From positions 1 through 60,830 of the forward strand of contig REDX01000164.1 of assembly GCA_007695355.1 (NCBI GenBank): DNA of 60,830 nt, in the 5' to 3' direction. This document shows positions 1 through 9,478 of this stretch, piece by piece (position 1 is the stretch's first letter; each line of letters opens with the position of its first letter). Below the pieces are notes generated by a model. It did not search any database and was not told the DNA's origin. It was given only the letters and a program-made list of their open reading frames with translations. This DNA comes from Planctomycetota bacterium (GTDB taxonomy: Bacteria; Planctomycetota; UBA11346). Position numbers and translations under genes: made by a program.

Positions 1-341
1 CCAACACCCCTCGGCGCCAGGTCGGTGGCTTGCGCCACCTCCTGTTTCGGGGGCTGTGCCCCCGGAACCCCCCCCCACCGGAAGGTGTTTGTCGGGACTC
101 AGGTGAAACGGGCAAGCGGTTTCACCTGTGGCCCAGGGGGTTTGGGGGCGCAGCACCGCAGGCTCCATAGAATCGAGCTTGCTCGATGGAGCCGGAGGTG
201 TCGTAGCCCCCAAGAAACAAAGAGCGCTGCGCGATGGTATCCATCCAACACCCCTCGGCGCCAGGTCGGTGGCATGCGCCACCTCCTGTTTCGGGGGCGG
301 TGCCCCCGGACCCCCCCGCACCGGAAGGTGTTTGTCGGGAC
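1..341. repeat. Two ~97-bp direct repeats (1-98 and 245-341) of a GC-rich palindromic REP-like unit flanking a long nested hairpin (142-213)
   Basis: ccaacacccctcggcgccaggtcggtggc.tgcgccacctcctgtttcggggg...ccggaaggtgtttgtcgggac occurs twice with few differences; the spacer contains ttgggggc...atcgagcttgctcgat...gcccccaa. Confidence 0.85.
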
Positions 342-572
342 GGTGCCCCTTAGGGCCTACCCCACCATTTGCAGGAGGGCTTGGGGGGAGGAGACCACGC
401 CTCGTCCCCGCAAGAGCACAGGATGTAACGTCTTCTTTGCAGGCGGCAAGTCGGGGAATTTTCGTACTTGCACCTGGACACCTCCTTGGCAGTATGCCCG
501 CCTTGCCGGTGGAAGGGCCTCAAACGGCTGTCCCCGGCGCTTATGGGCAGCACCCTGCTGCACCGCTTATTC

Positions 573-648
573 GGGGGCATAGCTCAGCTGGTAGAGCGTC
601 TGCATGGCATGCAGAAGGTCAGGGGTTCGACTCCCCTTGCCTCCACCA
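573..648 (+). tRNA. tRNA-Ala(GGC)
   Basis: 76-nt cloverleaf; acceptor GGGGGCA/TGCCTCC with G3:U70, anticodon arm tctgc-ATGGCAT-gcaga, GTTCGA T-loop, encoded CCA. Confidence 0.97.
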
Positions 649-652
649 TTTT

Positions 653-683
653 CACCCACGGCTTTGCCCGTGGGTGTTTTTTT
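653..683 (+). terminator. Intrinsic terminator after tRNA-Ala
   Basis: cacccacgg / ccgtgggtg stem followed by T7. Confidence 0.8.
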
Positions 684-727
684 GCCCTAATTTCCTCTGT
701 ATTTACTTCTCTCGTCCGTTTCTCATA

Positions 728-1159
728 ATGGGAATTGTGACCAGCACTAACTCGCAAACCATTGTTCGCTGCGGCATCTTGTGGCAGGATCAGCAGCATA
801 GCGAACTCTTGCGCTGCATTCGCAATCTGCAGCAAAAGATCCTGGATAAGACCCTGGATATGACCGAACTCAATCGCATTCGCACCTTTCTGGTGTGGTA
901 TGTTGATCTGCACTTTGCCACCGAAGAGGCCTATATGGCTGAATTGGCATACCCTGGCAGGGCGGCCCATAAGGCTGAGCACGAGGGAATGACAAACAAG
1001 CTTATGAACCTTTTTGAGGTCATCGAAGATGGCATGGGACACCCCGACCTACACGCTTGCGCCCAACTCTGCGTCGATCTGAATAAGTGGTACCTCAGCC
1101 ACATTGCCGGCCCAGACCAAGACTTAGCCGCCTTTTTGAAGCAGCAGGGAGTCCGCTAA
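728..1159 (+). CDS. Single-domain bacteriohemerythrin (143 aa)
   Basis: Motifs WQDQQH, HFATEE, HKAEH, WYLSHI..D; start moved to ATG 728 because the longer ORF runs through the tRNA. Confidence 0.88.
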   Translation: MGIVTSTNSQTIVRCGILWQDQQHSELLRCIRNLQQKILDKTLDMTELNRIRTFLVWYVDLHFATEEAYMAELAYPGRAAHKAEHEGMTNKLMNLFEVIEDGMGHPDLHACAQLCVDLNKWYLSHIAGPDQDLAAFLKQQGVR

Positions 1160-1214
1160 GCCTGGACTTATGTAAAGTCTCGTACAGGATTAGTGCCGAC
1201 GAAAGGACTATCCC

Positions 1215-2168
1215 ATGCGCCTTCTCCATTTGGGCCTCATTGCCCTGCTCTGCCTCCTCGGCACCCTAACCCTGGCGACAGAAGAGATTAATCCCCCAGA
1301 CCATCCCTTTCTCTGGCGCATCAGCGGCATTGATGGCGGGCCGGACTCCTTTGCTTTTGGCACCATCCATCTCTCCGATCCCCAGGTGACCACCTTCCAT
1401 CCTCAAGTGCTAGCGGCCCTGGAAGCGGCTGATGTCACCTACACTGAAATCCCCATGGGGCCCGCAGATATGGCGGAAATGATGATGGCCGCCTACCTGC
1501 CGGCTGGCCAGCGCCTCAGCACCCTGCTTCCGGCTGAATTACAGCAGCAGCTCGATAGAGAATTACGCCTCATCAATCGTCACCTTTCTCTCGTCCAGTT
1601 TGATCGCATTAAAGTGTGGGCCATCGCCGCAAGCATTTGGGTGTTGGAGAATGAGATGAAGCACGCCGGTAAACCATCGGTGGATCTCATCGTTTGGCGC
1701 GAGGGTCAACAAGAGGGTAAGGAATCACGGGCCCTGGAAACCATCGCCGATCAACTGGCCATTTTTGATAATATGCCGATGAATGAGCAGCTCGACATGC
1801 TACGCGAGACTTTAGAACTCCGTGCCCAATTGCGCGAAGAGGGCCGGGATGCTCTGCAGGAACTCATCGCTTTCTACCGTGCCGGCCGCACCGATAATTT
1901 TGACGAATACCTCGAGTTATTTGGCTTCAATAGTGAAGACGAACAAAGCCTGAAGTTCATGGATAAATTGCTGGGCCAGCGCAATGTGCAGATGGTCGAA
2001 AAGATGGTGAAGCACATGCGCGCTGAACCGGATCGGGTCCACTTCTTTGCCGCCGGGGCAGCTCACTTTATTGATGCCGACGATGGCATTCCAGCCCTGC
2101 TACGTCAGGCCGGAGTAGAGATCGAGCGCCTGCTGCCGCCGCCAGTTCTCGAAGCGGCTACTCCGTAA
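1215..2168 (+). CDS. TraB/GumN family exported protein
   Basis: Signal peptide; LWRI...FGTIH, ALETIADQL, RNVQM and GAAH motifs. Confidence 0.88.
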   Translation: MRLLHLGLIALLCLLGTLTLATEEINPPDHPFLWRISGIDGGPDSFAFGTIHLSDPQVTTFHPQVLAALEAADVTYTEIPMGPADMAEMMMAAYLPAGQRLSTLLPAELQQQLDRELRLINRHLSLVQFDRIKVWAIAASIWVLENEMKHAGKPSVDLIVWREGQQEGKESRALETIADQLAIFDNMPMNEQLDMLRETLELRAQLREEGRDALQELIAFYRAGRTDNFDEYLELFGFNSEDEQSLKFMDKLLGQRNVQMVEKMVKHMRAEPDRVHFFAAGAAHFIDADDGIPALLRQAGVEIERLLPPPVLEAATP

Positions 2169-2853
2169 CCACCAGCAACTGATCCACAGGCACTCGGCCC
2201 CGCCGGCCGCGAGCATCCTCGACCAGCACCCCGGCGCTAGTCGCGTTAGCGTCGACGAGACGCAGCAGGCTGGCCGGAGGGATGGTGAGCGGCTCATCGG
2301 CATCCAACTGCACCAGGGCCAGGGCGCTGGAGCTGACCGCCCAGGTCTGTCGGTGATCAAGGCTGCGCAGTACCAGCACCGTCAACCATAGGGAAAGCAC
2401 TAATACGGCGATCTGGACCAGGGGCCGGGGCAGCCGTGCGCTCAGCGACCAGCCAACGAGCAGGCTGGCGACTAAGCCGAGTGCGCCTCCCCACCAGGGC
2501 CCTGCCAGAATGGCAAGGGGACCCAAGTAGGCGCTCAATAGGGGCGGCAGCTGATCTTCTAGCTGGGCCTGCAAGGCCTGCCGCGGCGGCTCCGCCCAGG
2601 GAGCGAGGCGGTGCGCCGTGGCCATGGCCCAGAGGGCCTGGGCCGGTTCATCGGCAGCCGCTGCCACCACGCCAAGATCATACCAGCGCGTCCAGCGCGC
2701 CGAGTCTCGGGCCTGTTCCTCGATAAGGGGCAGCAGATCGCGGGCGCGGTCCTGCTCCCAGGCGGTGCGCCGGGGATCTTCCCCTGCCAGCCACACCTGA
2801 TTCCCCATATGCAGCACCAACAACAGCACGGTGAGTCGCCAAACCGAAAACAT
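2158..2853 (-). CDS. BatE-like TPR/membrane protein
   Basis: WYDLG TPR-like helix, two TM segments, SH3-like C-terminus (RGRVP); last gene of the bat operon. Confidence 0.6.
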   Translation of the reverse strand: MFSVWRLTVLLLVLHMGNQVWLAGEDPRRTAWEQDRARDLLPLIEEQARDSARWTRWYDLGVVAAAADEPAQALWAMATAHRLAPWAEPPRQALQAQLEDQLPPLLSAYLGPLAILAGPWWGGALGLVASLLVGWSLSARLPRPLVQIAVLVLSLWLTVLVLRSLDHRQTWAVSSSALALVQLDADEPLTIPPASLLRLVDANATSAGVLVEDARGRRGRVPVDQLLVVTE

Positions 2854-4406
2854 TAGGGATACTCCTGCAGTTCCATGAGAATCGCTCGCTCCTCGGCGCT
2901 CAGGGGCTGGTCACCAAAGCGTGCTGCCTCCAGGGCGCGCAGGGCCTGCAGGGCCCGCTGCCGCTGGGGCAAAGGTAGCGCGGGGCCGATGAGGGCATCG
3001 GCGAGGCGATTGGCCTGGGCCAAATCACCGCTGGCCAAGGCTCGCGCCAATTGCCGGCCGCGGTGTGGCTGGGGACGCCAATGGCGCAGCCGCCAGGCCC
3101 AGGGAAGGAGGGCACCGCAAACCAAGGCAAGAACAAAACCCCACCACAGCCAGCCCAGGGGCAGGCGCGCAGAGACCTCGCGCCACAGGGGCACGAGGGG
3201 GGCCTGGGGTTCATCCGCCAATGCCGTCCGCGCGGGCAGAACCGGCGCCGCAGGGGCCTGCGCAATTTGTCCTGGAGCTTCCGGCGCCCCGAACACCTCC
3301 AGATTCAGGGCTTCGCTGGTCGATTGCCGGTAGCTGCGGGTCTGCGGATCAAGCCAGCTGAGTTCAAAGGCAGGAATGGTGTAATCGCCAGCGGTTTCGG
3401 GAATCACCTGGAAATCCCAATCCCGCTGCCCCCGCTCTGATCCCCCGCGCTGGGGCACCGGATAAATACGCAGGCCGGGAATAGCTGGGATCTGCGGTGC
3501 CGGCAGTTGGTCCAACTGGGGGCCGCGTATGCGCAGGCGTAAACGGGCCCCCTCGCCCACCCGAATGCGTTCTCGGTCTAATTCGGCACTCATCGCCAAA
3601 GGTCCAATAATCGGGCTGACTCCGCTAGCCAGCCCAAGGTGCGAAATATCGTGGACGAGGAGGGTTGCCGGTGCCAGGTTCAAACGGCGCTCTTGTACCG
3701 GGCCTTGACGGTTCCGTCGCTGCAGCGGTACTGGAGCCCCATAAACCTGCCCACCACTCACCGCACTGGTCAAACCCATGCGTAAGCTAGTCACCTCCCA
3801 AAGTCGGCCCTGGGCGTCTAGAGCATAGCCGCGTTGGCGAGAGGTGCTGCCCAGGGAGCGCGCCCAGGAGCCCAAGCGAGGCTGCCAATCGCTATCGACT
3901 TCCCAACCGCTGCGCTCGGGCGCGAACACCCTCAAAAGCATCTCGGTGGCCTGACCAGGCAGGATATGGTCGGGCTGGAAACGCACCTGGGCGCTGGCTT
4001 CGTGGCCGAGAAAGCCCTGCCGCCCCTGCACTTCCAAAAACTGTCCGCTATCAAGTTGCTGCCGCTGTCCTTGTCGCTGGATTTCGACCTGCGGCAGAGC
4101 CCAATTACCCTCCAAGCGGGCAATGACATCCACCTCCATAATCACCCCTGCAGTACCAGCGGCGGTGACAAAGCGACCCGTCCGATGGTGTAGTAGGCGC
4201 AACTCCAGCCCCTCCGTCGGCAGCAGTTTGAGATCGCTTATCTGGTCAACGTGCTCTCCCGTGAGACGCAGCTGGCCGGTGGCTTCCATGCCCACCGGAA
4301 GCGGATCGGGCAGGACGTAGGCCAGCTCCAGCGCATCCATGCGAGGCGCCAGCAAGGAAGCCAGCAGCAGGAGAAATGGCCAAGCCATAGACGAACGCAC
4401 TACCAT
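2853..4406 (-). CDS. batD: BatD family protein
   Basis: Signal peptide, beta-rich repeats, IPETAGDYTIPAFELSWLDPQTRSY motif, C-terminal TM. Confidence 0.75.
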   Translation of the reverse strand: MVVRSSMAWPFLLLLASLLAPRMDALELAYVLPDPLPVGMEATGQLRLTGEHVDQISDLKLLPTEGLELRLLHHRTGRFVTAAGTAGVIMEVDVIARLEGNWALPQVEIQRQGQRQQLDSGQFLEVQGRQGFLGHEASAQVRFQPDHILPGQATEMLLRVFAPERSGWEVDSDWQPRLGSWARSLGSTSRQRGYALDAQGRLWEVTSLRMGLTSAVSGGQVYGAPVPLQRRNRQGPVQERRLNLAPATLLVHDISHLGLASGVSPIIGPLAMSAELDRERIRVGEGARLRLRIRGPQLDQLPAPQIPAIPGLRIYPVPQRGGSERGQRDWDFQVIPETAGDYTIPAFELSWLDPQTRSYRQSTSEALNLEVFGAPEAPGQIAQAPAAPVLPARTALADEPQAPLVPLWREVSARLPLGWLWWGFVLALVCGALLPWAWRLRHWRPQPHRGRQLARALASGDLAQANRLADALIGPALPLPQRQRALQALRALEAARFGDQPLSAEERAILMELQEYP

Positions 4407-7400
4407 GGCTGACTCCGATCCGGCTCGCCTTGGGCATTGCGGCGCAGCATACGACGAAGGGCATCATAAGGACTTTGCCCCTCCTCTCCAAGCACCGTTT
4501 CCAACCAGCGTTCGGCATCAAGGGCCTCCGGATCAACCGGGGCAGGTGGCGGTGATGGATCCCGGCCCGATCCCCGGACATCATCATCGGGGAGATCCTG
4601 GGCCAATGGCTCATCGGCGCCGGCGCGCCCTGGTTCCCTTTGCTCATCGTCATCGTCCTCGGCGCTGCCCGGCTGCTGGCCCAGCTGCGGCGGGCTGGGC
4701 TCGTCGGCGCCCGGATCTTCAGCGCCGGGATCAGAACCGGTTTCGGCCCGTTCATCCCCTTCAGCGCCTTCATCGCCGGGGCTGGACTCTTCCCCGCTCT
4801 GGCTCTCGTCTGGCTCACCCTCTTCGGCGCCAGCAGCGGCGACTCCGGTGCCAGCGGCATCCTCGCCAGCGGATTCATCGGATCCCTGATCACCTTCGCT
4901 GCCCTCACCGGTCTCGTCCTCGGCGGCGAGCTGGGGTTCTAGATCCGGGGGATCTTCAGCGGCAGCGGGAGCGACAATAATCTCGATCTGCGCCATCGCC
5001 GTGGCCGACCAGCGATCGCTGACTTGCAATTGCAGCTGCCAGCGACCGACCTCCTGGGGGGCACCCGTAAGAATGAGGCGGCGAGTGTCCTCGCCATCGA
5101 TGCGCCATTCCATACCCGGCGGCAGGGAACCCGAAAAGCGCTCCCAGTCCATAGGAGCGGTTCCATCCGCCACTGTCACCACCTGACGCAGCCCCCGGGC
5201 CTGGATGAGCTGCAGCCGTTGCGGAGGCACCTGGGGCGGCGGCACCACCGGCAGACTGAGGCTAAAGCTGCGCGATTCGCCGCCCAAGGCCGCCAAGTGC
5301 AGGGCCAAATCGACCCTTCCCGGCCGCGGCGGCGTGGCCTCAATCAATCCCCCGGAGCTCAAGGCCAGCCAGGGCAGGGGCTGCGGCTGTTCGGCCGCCA
5401 GCTGCCACTGGTAATTGCCCGGCCGACCGCGCACCCGCAGCGGATGGCGATAGGGATGGCCGGCGGTGGCCGGGGGCAGCTGTTGGCGATCCGGCGCAAA
5501 ATCCGCCACCACCCTAAGACTCAGTTCTTGGGCAAAGCGACTGCCATCGCGGTCAGCATACTGCAGCTGTAGGGGAAAGGTGCCGGACGCTTCGGGAATG
5601 CCCCAGATATGAAAACGATGGCCATAGGCGCGACCGCGTAAACCGGGCGGCAGGCCCTGGAGTTGCCAGTCCCCGGTGCTGGCCGCAGCCATGCTCAGCT
5701 CTGCCCGGTAGACCTGCCCCTGCACCGCCAGGGGCAACTCGCCGCCCTCAAGGGCCAGCGGGGGCAGCACCCGCCACTGCCAAAGCAGGGCTGGCGCTTC
5801 TGGATTATCGACGCTCAGCAGAAGCTGGTAGACACCGACCCGCTGGGGGCTGCCCCGCAAGCCTCTTTCATCTAGGGTCATACCCGCCGGCAGGCCGCTT
5901 ATCCGCACCGCCTCGGCCTGCCATTGGGAAGGCCAGCCGGGCAGGGTCTCCAGGGCATAGGGCTGCCCCACCCGGCCATCGGCAAGCTGGTGGCGACGGC
6001 GGGTGGTGGCAGCCAGGGGCAGCGCCGCCGCCCGCTCTTCCGCCAACTGCTGGCCAAGGATTCGCAGGCGGGCATCGTCATCCCGCCGTTCTAAGCCCTG
6101 GCTCACCGCCTCGAAGGCAGCCTCTAATCGGCCGGCGTGGCGCTCTAGCAAGGCCAGGGCAAAGAAGGCCGCCGCCGCCAAGCCATCGTCGTCGCTGCGG
6201 CTGGCCTGCTGCAGATGGCTGCGACGGCGGTGCTGGGCGGTCTCCGGCAGACGCTTAGCAAGGGCGTAGTGGGCGGCGCTAAAATCAGGGAATTGCTCAA
6301 GCAAGGCGGCCAGGCGACGACGGGCCTCGGACCCCTCCTCAAGCGCGCTGGCAAGGGTCAACTCCTGCCAAACGCTGGGCGGCCAGGGGCTTTCCGCCGC
6401 CATTAAACCCTGGCTGGCGCTGCCCCCCCAGGCCAAGAGAACGATAAGAGCGAGACTGCGCCGGGGCAGGCCGATGAGCAGCAGGCCCAAGCTCAGGCTG
6501 ATCAGGGCCAGCAATAGGGGCAGTTGGTAGCGCCCCTGGGCCTGATTACGATACACCGTCTGCCAGGGCGAAGCCTGGAGATGGCGATCCATGTGGTTGA
6601 GGATGGCCTGCAGATCGCTGCCATCGGTGGTTGTCAGCTGACTCATGCCGCCGCTCTGAGCGCTCACCCATTCCATGGTCGCCGTGGCCACCGGCATCGG
6701 CCGTTCCATACCATCCAAGAACAGACTCACCTCTTGGCGAGGATCTCCCATAATCAAAGAATAGATGGGAACACCCATGCTACGCGCCCGTGATAAGGCC
6801 CGGCGCAGTTCCTCTTCATTGGGGTCATCGCCATCGCTAATCAGAAGGATCGCGCGACTGGCCGGATCCACCGATTCCAATAAACTCAAAGCAGCGGAAA
6901 TTCCCGAGCCAATGGCGGTACCCTGGTCTTGACGCAAGAAAAGTTCTGGTCGTAGTTCCTCCAACATTCGGCCCAGGGCCAGGTGATCGGAGGTGGGGGG
7001 ATGGCGCACCGTGGCGATGCCGGCGAAGGGCACCAGGGCGAGGCGCAAATCCGGGCGCATCTCCACCAGGTCGCGAATCTTAAAGTGGGCATAGTCAATA
7101 CGGCTCGGATAAAGATCGGTGGCATCCATCGAACGCGAGCAGTCCAAGAGAATGACCAGGGTAATCCCGCTCTCACCCCGCTCTTCATCCGCCTGACCCC
7201 AGCGCGGTGAAGCCAGGGCCAAGACCATCGCCGCCAAGGCGCAGAGCACCAAAACATCATGCAGCAGCACCCGCGGGCCAACGCCGTGGCGGTGTAGCCG
7301 CGGCTCATCGGCACCCAAGGAGCGCTGGCGACGATGGGCCACCGCCATCAGCACTCGCCGCACCAGCAGAACCAGGGCCAAGGCCGGCAGCAGCCACAGC

Positions 7401-7441
7401 CAGCCAGGGCTGCCAAAGGAGATGGCAAGATCGGCGTTCAC
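4400..7441 (-). CDS. BatB/BatC-like fusion: TM-vWA-TM-TPR-4x putative Ig (He_PIG-like) repeats-acidic linker (1013 aa)
   Basis: LALASPRWG, MIDAS DCSRSM, QGTAIG, LISDG; four G(Q/H)xY...LP(P/A)G repeats; D/E-rich tail ending AERWLE...QPW. Confidence 0.8.
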   Translation of the reverse strand: MNADLAISFGSPGWLWLLPALALVLLVRRVLMAVAHRRQRSLGADEPRLHRHGVGPRVLLHDVLVLCALAAMVLALASPRWGQADEERGESGITLVILLDCSRSMDATDLYPSRIDYAHFKIRDLVEMRPDLRLALVPFAGIATVRHPPTSDHLALGRMLEELRPELFLRQDQGTAIGSGISAALSLLESVDPASRAILLISDGDDPNEEELRRALSRARSMGVPIYSLIMGDPRQEVSLFLDGMERPMPVATATMEWVSAQSGGMSQLTTTDGSDLQAILNHMDRHLQASPWQTVYRNQAQGRYQLPLLLALISLSLGLLLIGLPRRSLALIVLLAWGGSASQGLMAAESPWPPSVWQELTLASALEEGSEARRRLAALLEQFPDFSAAHYALAKRLPETAQHRRRSHLQQASRSDDDGLAAAAFFALALLERHAGRLEAAFEAVSQGLERRDDDARLRILGQQLAEERAAALPLAATTRRRHQLADGRVGQPYALETLPGWPSQWQAEAVRISGLPAGMTLDERGLRGSPQRVGVYQLLLSVDNPEAPALLWQWRVLPPLALEGGELPLAVQGQVYRAELSMAAASTGDWQLQGLPPGLRGRAYGHRFHIWGIPEASGTFPLQLQYADRDGSRFAQELSLRVVADFAPDRQQLPPATAGHPYRHPLRVRGRPGNYQWQLAAEQPQPLPWLALSSGGLIEATPPRPGRVDLALHLAALGGESRSFSLSLPVVPPPQVPPQRLQLIQARGLRQVVTVADGTAPMDWERFSGSLPPGMEWRIDGEDTRRLILTGAPQEVGRWQLQLQVSDRWSATAMAQIEIIVAPAAAEDPPDLEPQLAAEDETGEGSEGDQGSDESAGEDAAGTGVAAAGAEEGEPDESQSGEESSPGDEGAEGDERAETGSDPGAEDPGADEPSPPQLGQQPGSAEDDDDEQREPGRAGADEPLAQDLPDDDVRGSGRDPSPPPAPVDPEALDAERWLETVLGEEGQSPYDALRRMLRRNAQGEPDRSQPW

Positions 7442-8508
7442 CGCGGCACCCCCCGCAGGCGGGGCTCGGCCAAGAAGGCCAAGAGCAAGAAGGCCAAGGC
7501 CAGGCCCAGGGGCAGGGTATGGCGATCAATGAAATGCTCGCGCCGCCGCACCCGATGGACGGTGGGCTCGAGTTCATCGAGGCGGGCAAAGATTTCGATC
7601 ATATCTTCCCGCGTATCGGCGTGCATGGCGTAGCCATCGGCCTCGGCGACGATTTCTTCCAGGCGCTCCTGCTCAGGTAAAAATTCCGGCCAATGATCGC
7701 GGATCGACACCAGACGCCGCTGGCCAAAGCGGTGCAGGGCAATGGGATCGGTCATTAGGCCATTGCGGTCACCAACGCCAATGGCATGCACGCGAACGCC
7801 CATGCGATAGGCATTGGCCGCCGCTACCACCGGATCCACCCAATTGGGAAGACGGCGGGAATCGCGGCCGTCGGTGAGAATAATAATCGCCCGTCCATCG
7901 GCATCCTCATCGCGCAGATAGGGCAGGCAGACGGCAATGCCGAGGCCGGTATTGGTCCCCGGCCCCACCACCCCCCGGGTAGGAATGCCATGGGGGCCCA
8001 GGCTGCGCCAATCCTCGCGCATTTGCCGCTCCACCGTGCGCAGCATCTGCACTAAGCTATCGTGATCGAGGGTGGGCGGTGTCGCCATGAGGGCGGTGGA
8101 ACCGAAGAGCCCAAGGCCAATGCGATCCGATGGACGATTGGCGATAAAAACTTCAGCATCGGCGAACACCGCCTCCAGGCGATCCATTCGCGTCCCATCG
8201 GCGGCGAACATATCATCAGCCACCATCGAGGCCGAAAGATCCATCAGCAGCACCAGATCCCGGCCGCTGTATTCCCGCTCGACAATCGTCCGCCCGTACT
8301 GGGGCCGCGCCAAGGCGATAACCATCGCTGCCAAACTAACGGCCAGCAGTAAGCGGTGCAGCAGCGGCCCGCGGCTCGGCCGCAGGGCGCGGGCCGCAAG
8401 GAGGTAGGCGCCAAAATAAATGGCATTCTGCCGCGGCCGCCACAGCAGCAGCAGCAGAGGCAGAATCAGCGCCAGCAGCCACCAAGGATCGGCCAGACGC
8501 CAACTCAT
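7438..8508 (-). CDS. batA: BatA-like vWA domain protein
   Basis: N-terminal double-TM (DPWWL...LARPQ), MIDAS DLSASM, DRIGL, ILTDG; ATG overlaps upstream TGA. Confidence 0.85.
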   Translation of the reverse strand: MSWRLADPWWLLALILPLLLLLWRPRQNAIYFGAYLLAARALRPSRGPLLHRLLLAVSLAAMVIALARPQYGRTIVEREYSGRDLVLLMDLSASMVADDMFAADGTRMDRLEAVFADAEVFIANRPSDRIGLGLFGSTALMATPPTLDHDSLVQMLRTVERQMREDWRSLGPHGIPTRGVVGPGTNTGLGIAVCLPYLRDEDADGRAIIILTDGRDSRRLPNWVDPVVAAANAYRMGVRVHAIGVGDRNGLMTDPIALHRFGQRRLVSIRDHWPEFLPEQERLEEIVAEADGYAMHADTREDMIEIFARLDELEPTVHRVRRREHFIDRHTLPLGLALAFLLLAFLAEPRLRGVPR

Positions 8509-9473
8509 GGAGCTGACTTTCCAGAAGCTGAAGGCGAACGCTGAGAGGACTGCTGCAGCTCCATCTGTAGCTGTTGCAGCAGGCGCTCCTGCTGATCGAG
8601 CCAATTCTGGCTGCGCTGGATGAGGACCTGCACGGGCAGGGCAGCGGCCCCCTGCGGGGCCCAGCGGCTTCCTTCAATCTCCTCCAAAATGGCCAGGGCA
8701 GTGCTGAAATCGCCGGCGGCTTCTTGCCGGCTCTGCAGGTGCTGCAGGCACTCATGAAGGGTGGCATTGGCACCGGCAAAGCCGAGCACCGCCCCCAGAT
8801 ACTCGCGCAGGGCCAGGGAGAGGCCGTGCGCCTGGTCGGCGCTGGCCAGGCCATCGAGCTGGGCCAGGCGCTGACGGCAGCGCGGCAGGGGTGGCAGGGC
8901 CAATGGGGCCAGGGGACGGCGGCGCCACCACAGCCAGCCCCCAAGCAGGGCGAGCAGCAGCAGGCCCAGGCCAAGCATCCACCAGGGAGAGGGTGCCGCC
9001 GGCAGCGTCCACGGCTGCTCCGGTGCCGCCGGCAGGCCTAGGCTGGACATGGCGCCGGCGGGCAGCACCTCGATCAGCAGATCTTCGGAGCGCAGCTGCT
9101 GCAGTTGCCCATCGGCATCCCGGGCCAGCACCTCGATGCCGGCCAGGCGCAGGGCCCCGGCTTCGTCAGGGCGCAGCTGAAAGCGCTGATACCAGCGCCA
9201 GCGCTCCTGGTCAAATTGGGCCTCCGCCGCCGCCACCGAGCTCAGCGGCAGCTCATCCAGGGCCACCGTCCAATCCGCCTCCCCCTGCAGCTGCCAGGAG
9301 CGGGGGATGCTCACGGTAATTTCCACGCCGACGCTTTCACCCGCCGCCAAAGCCGGACGATCCGCCGCCAGGATGACCCGCGCCGGCTCGGGCTCGACGG
9401 CCATGAGCGCCGAGGCAAAGACGAGCCAGCTGGCAAACAGCAACGCCAAGCATGAACGAGGGCGAGGGAGCAT
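8505..9473 (-). CDS. Bat-operon membrane protein (DUF4381-like)
   Basis: Signal peptide, Ig-like region, TM followed by WWRRR and LREYL motif; position between DUF58 and batA. Confidence 0.65.
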   Translation of the reverse strand: MLPRPRSCLALLFASWLVFASALMAVEPEPARVILAADRPALAAGESVGVEITVSIPRSWQLQGEADWTVALDELPLSSVAAAEAQFDQERWRWYQRFQLRPDEAGALRLAGIEVLARDADGQLQQLRSEDLLIEVLPAGAMSSLGLPAAPEQPWTLPAAPSPWWMLGLGLLLLALLGGWLWWRRRPLAPLALPPLPRCRQRLAQLDGLASADQAHGLSLALREYLGAVLGFAGANATLHECLQHLQSRQEAAGDFSTALAILEEIEGSRWAPQGAAALPVQVLIQRSQNWLDQQERLLQQLQMELQQSSQRSPSASGKSAP

Positions 9474-9478
9474 GGGGC

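Noticed and set aside
25-727. ORFs 25-582 and the N-terminal 200 aa of 128-1159
   Set aside because: They run through palindromic repeats and the tRNA; compositional artefacts of GC-rich DNA
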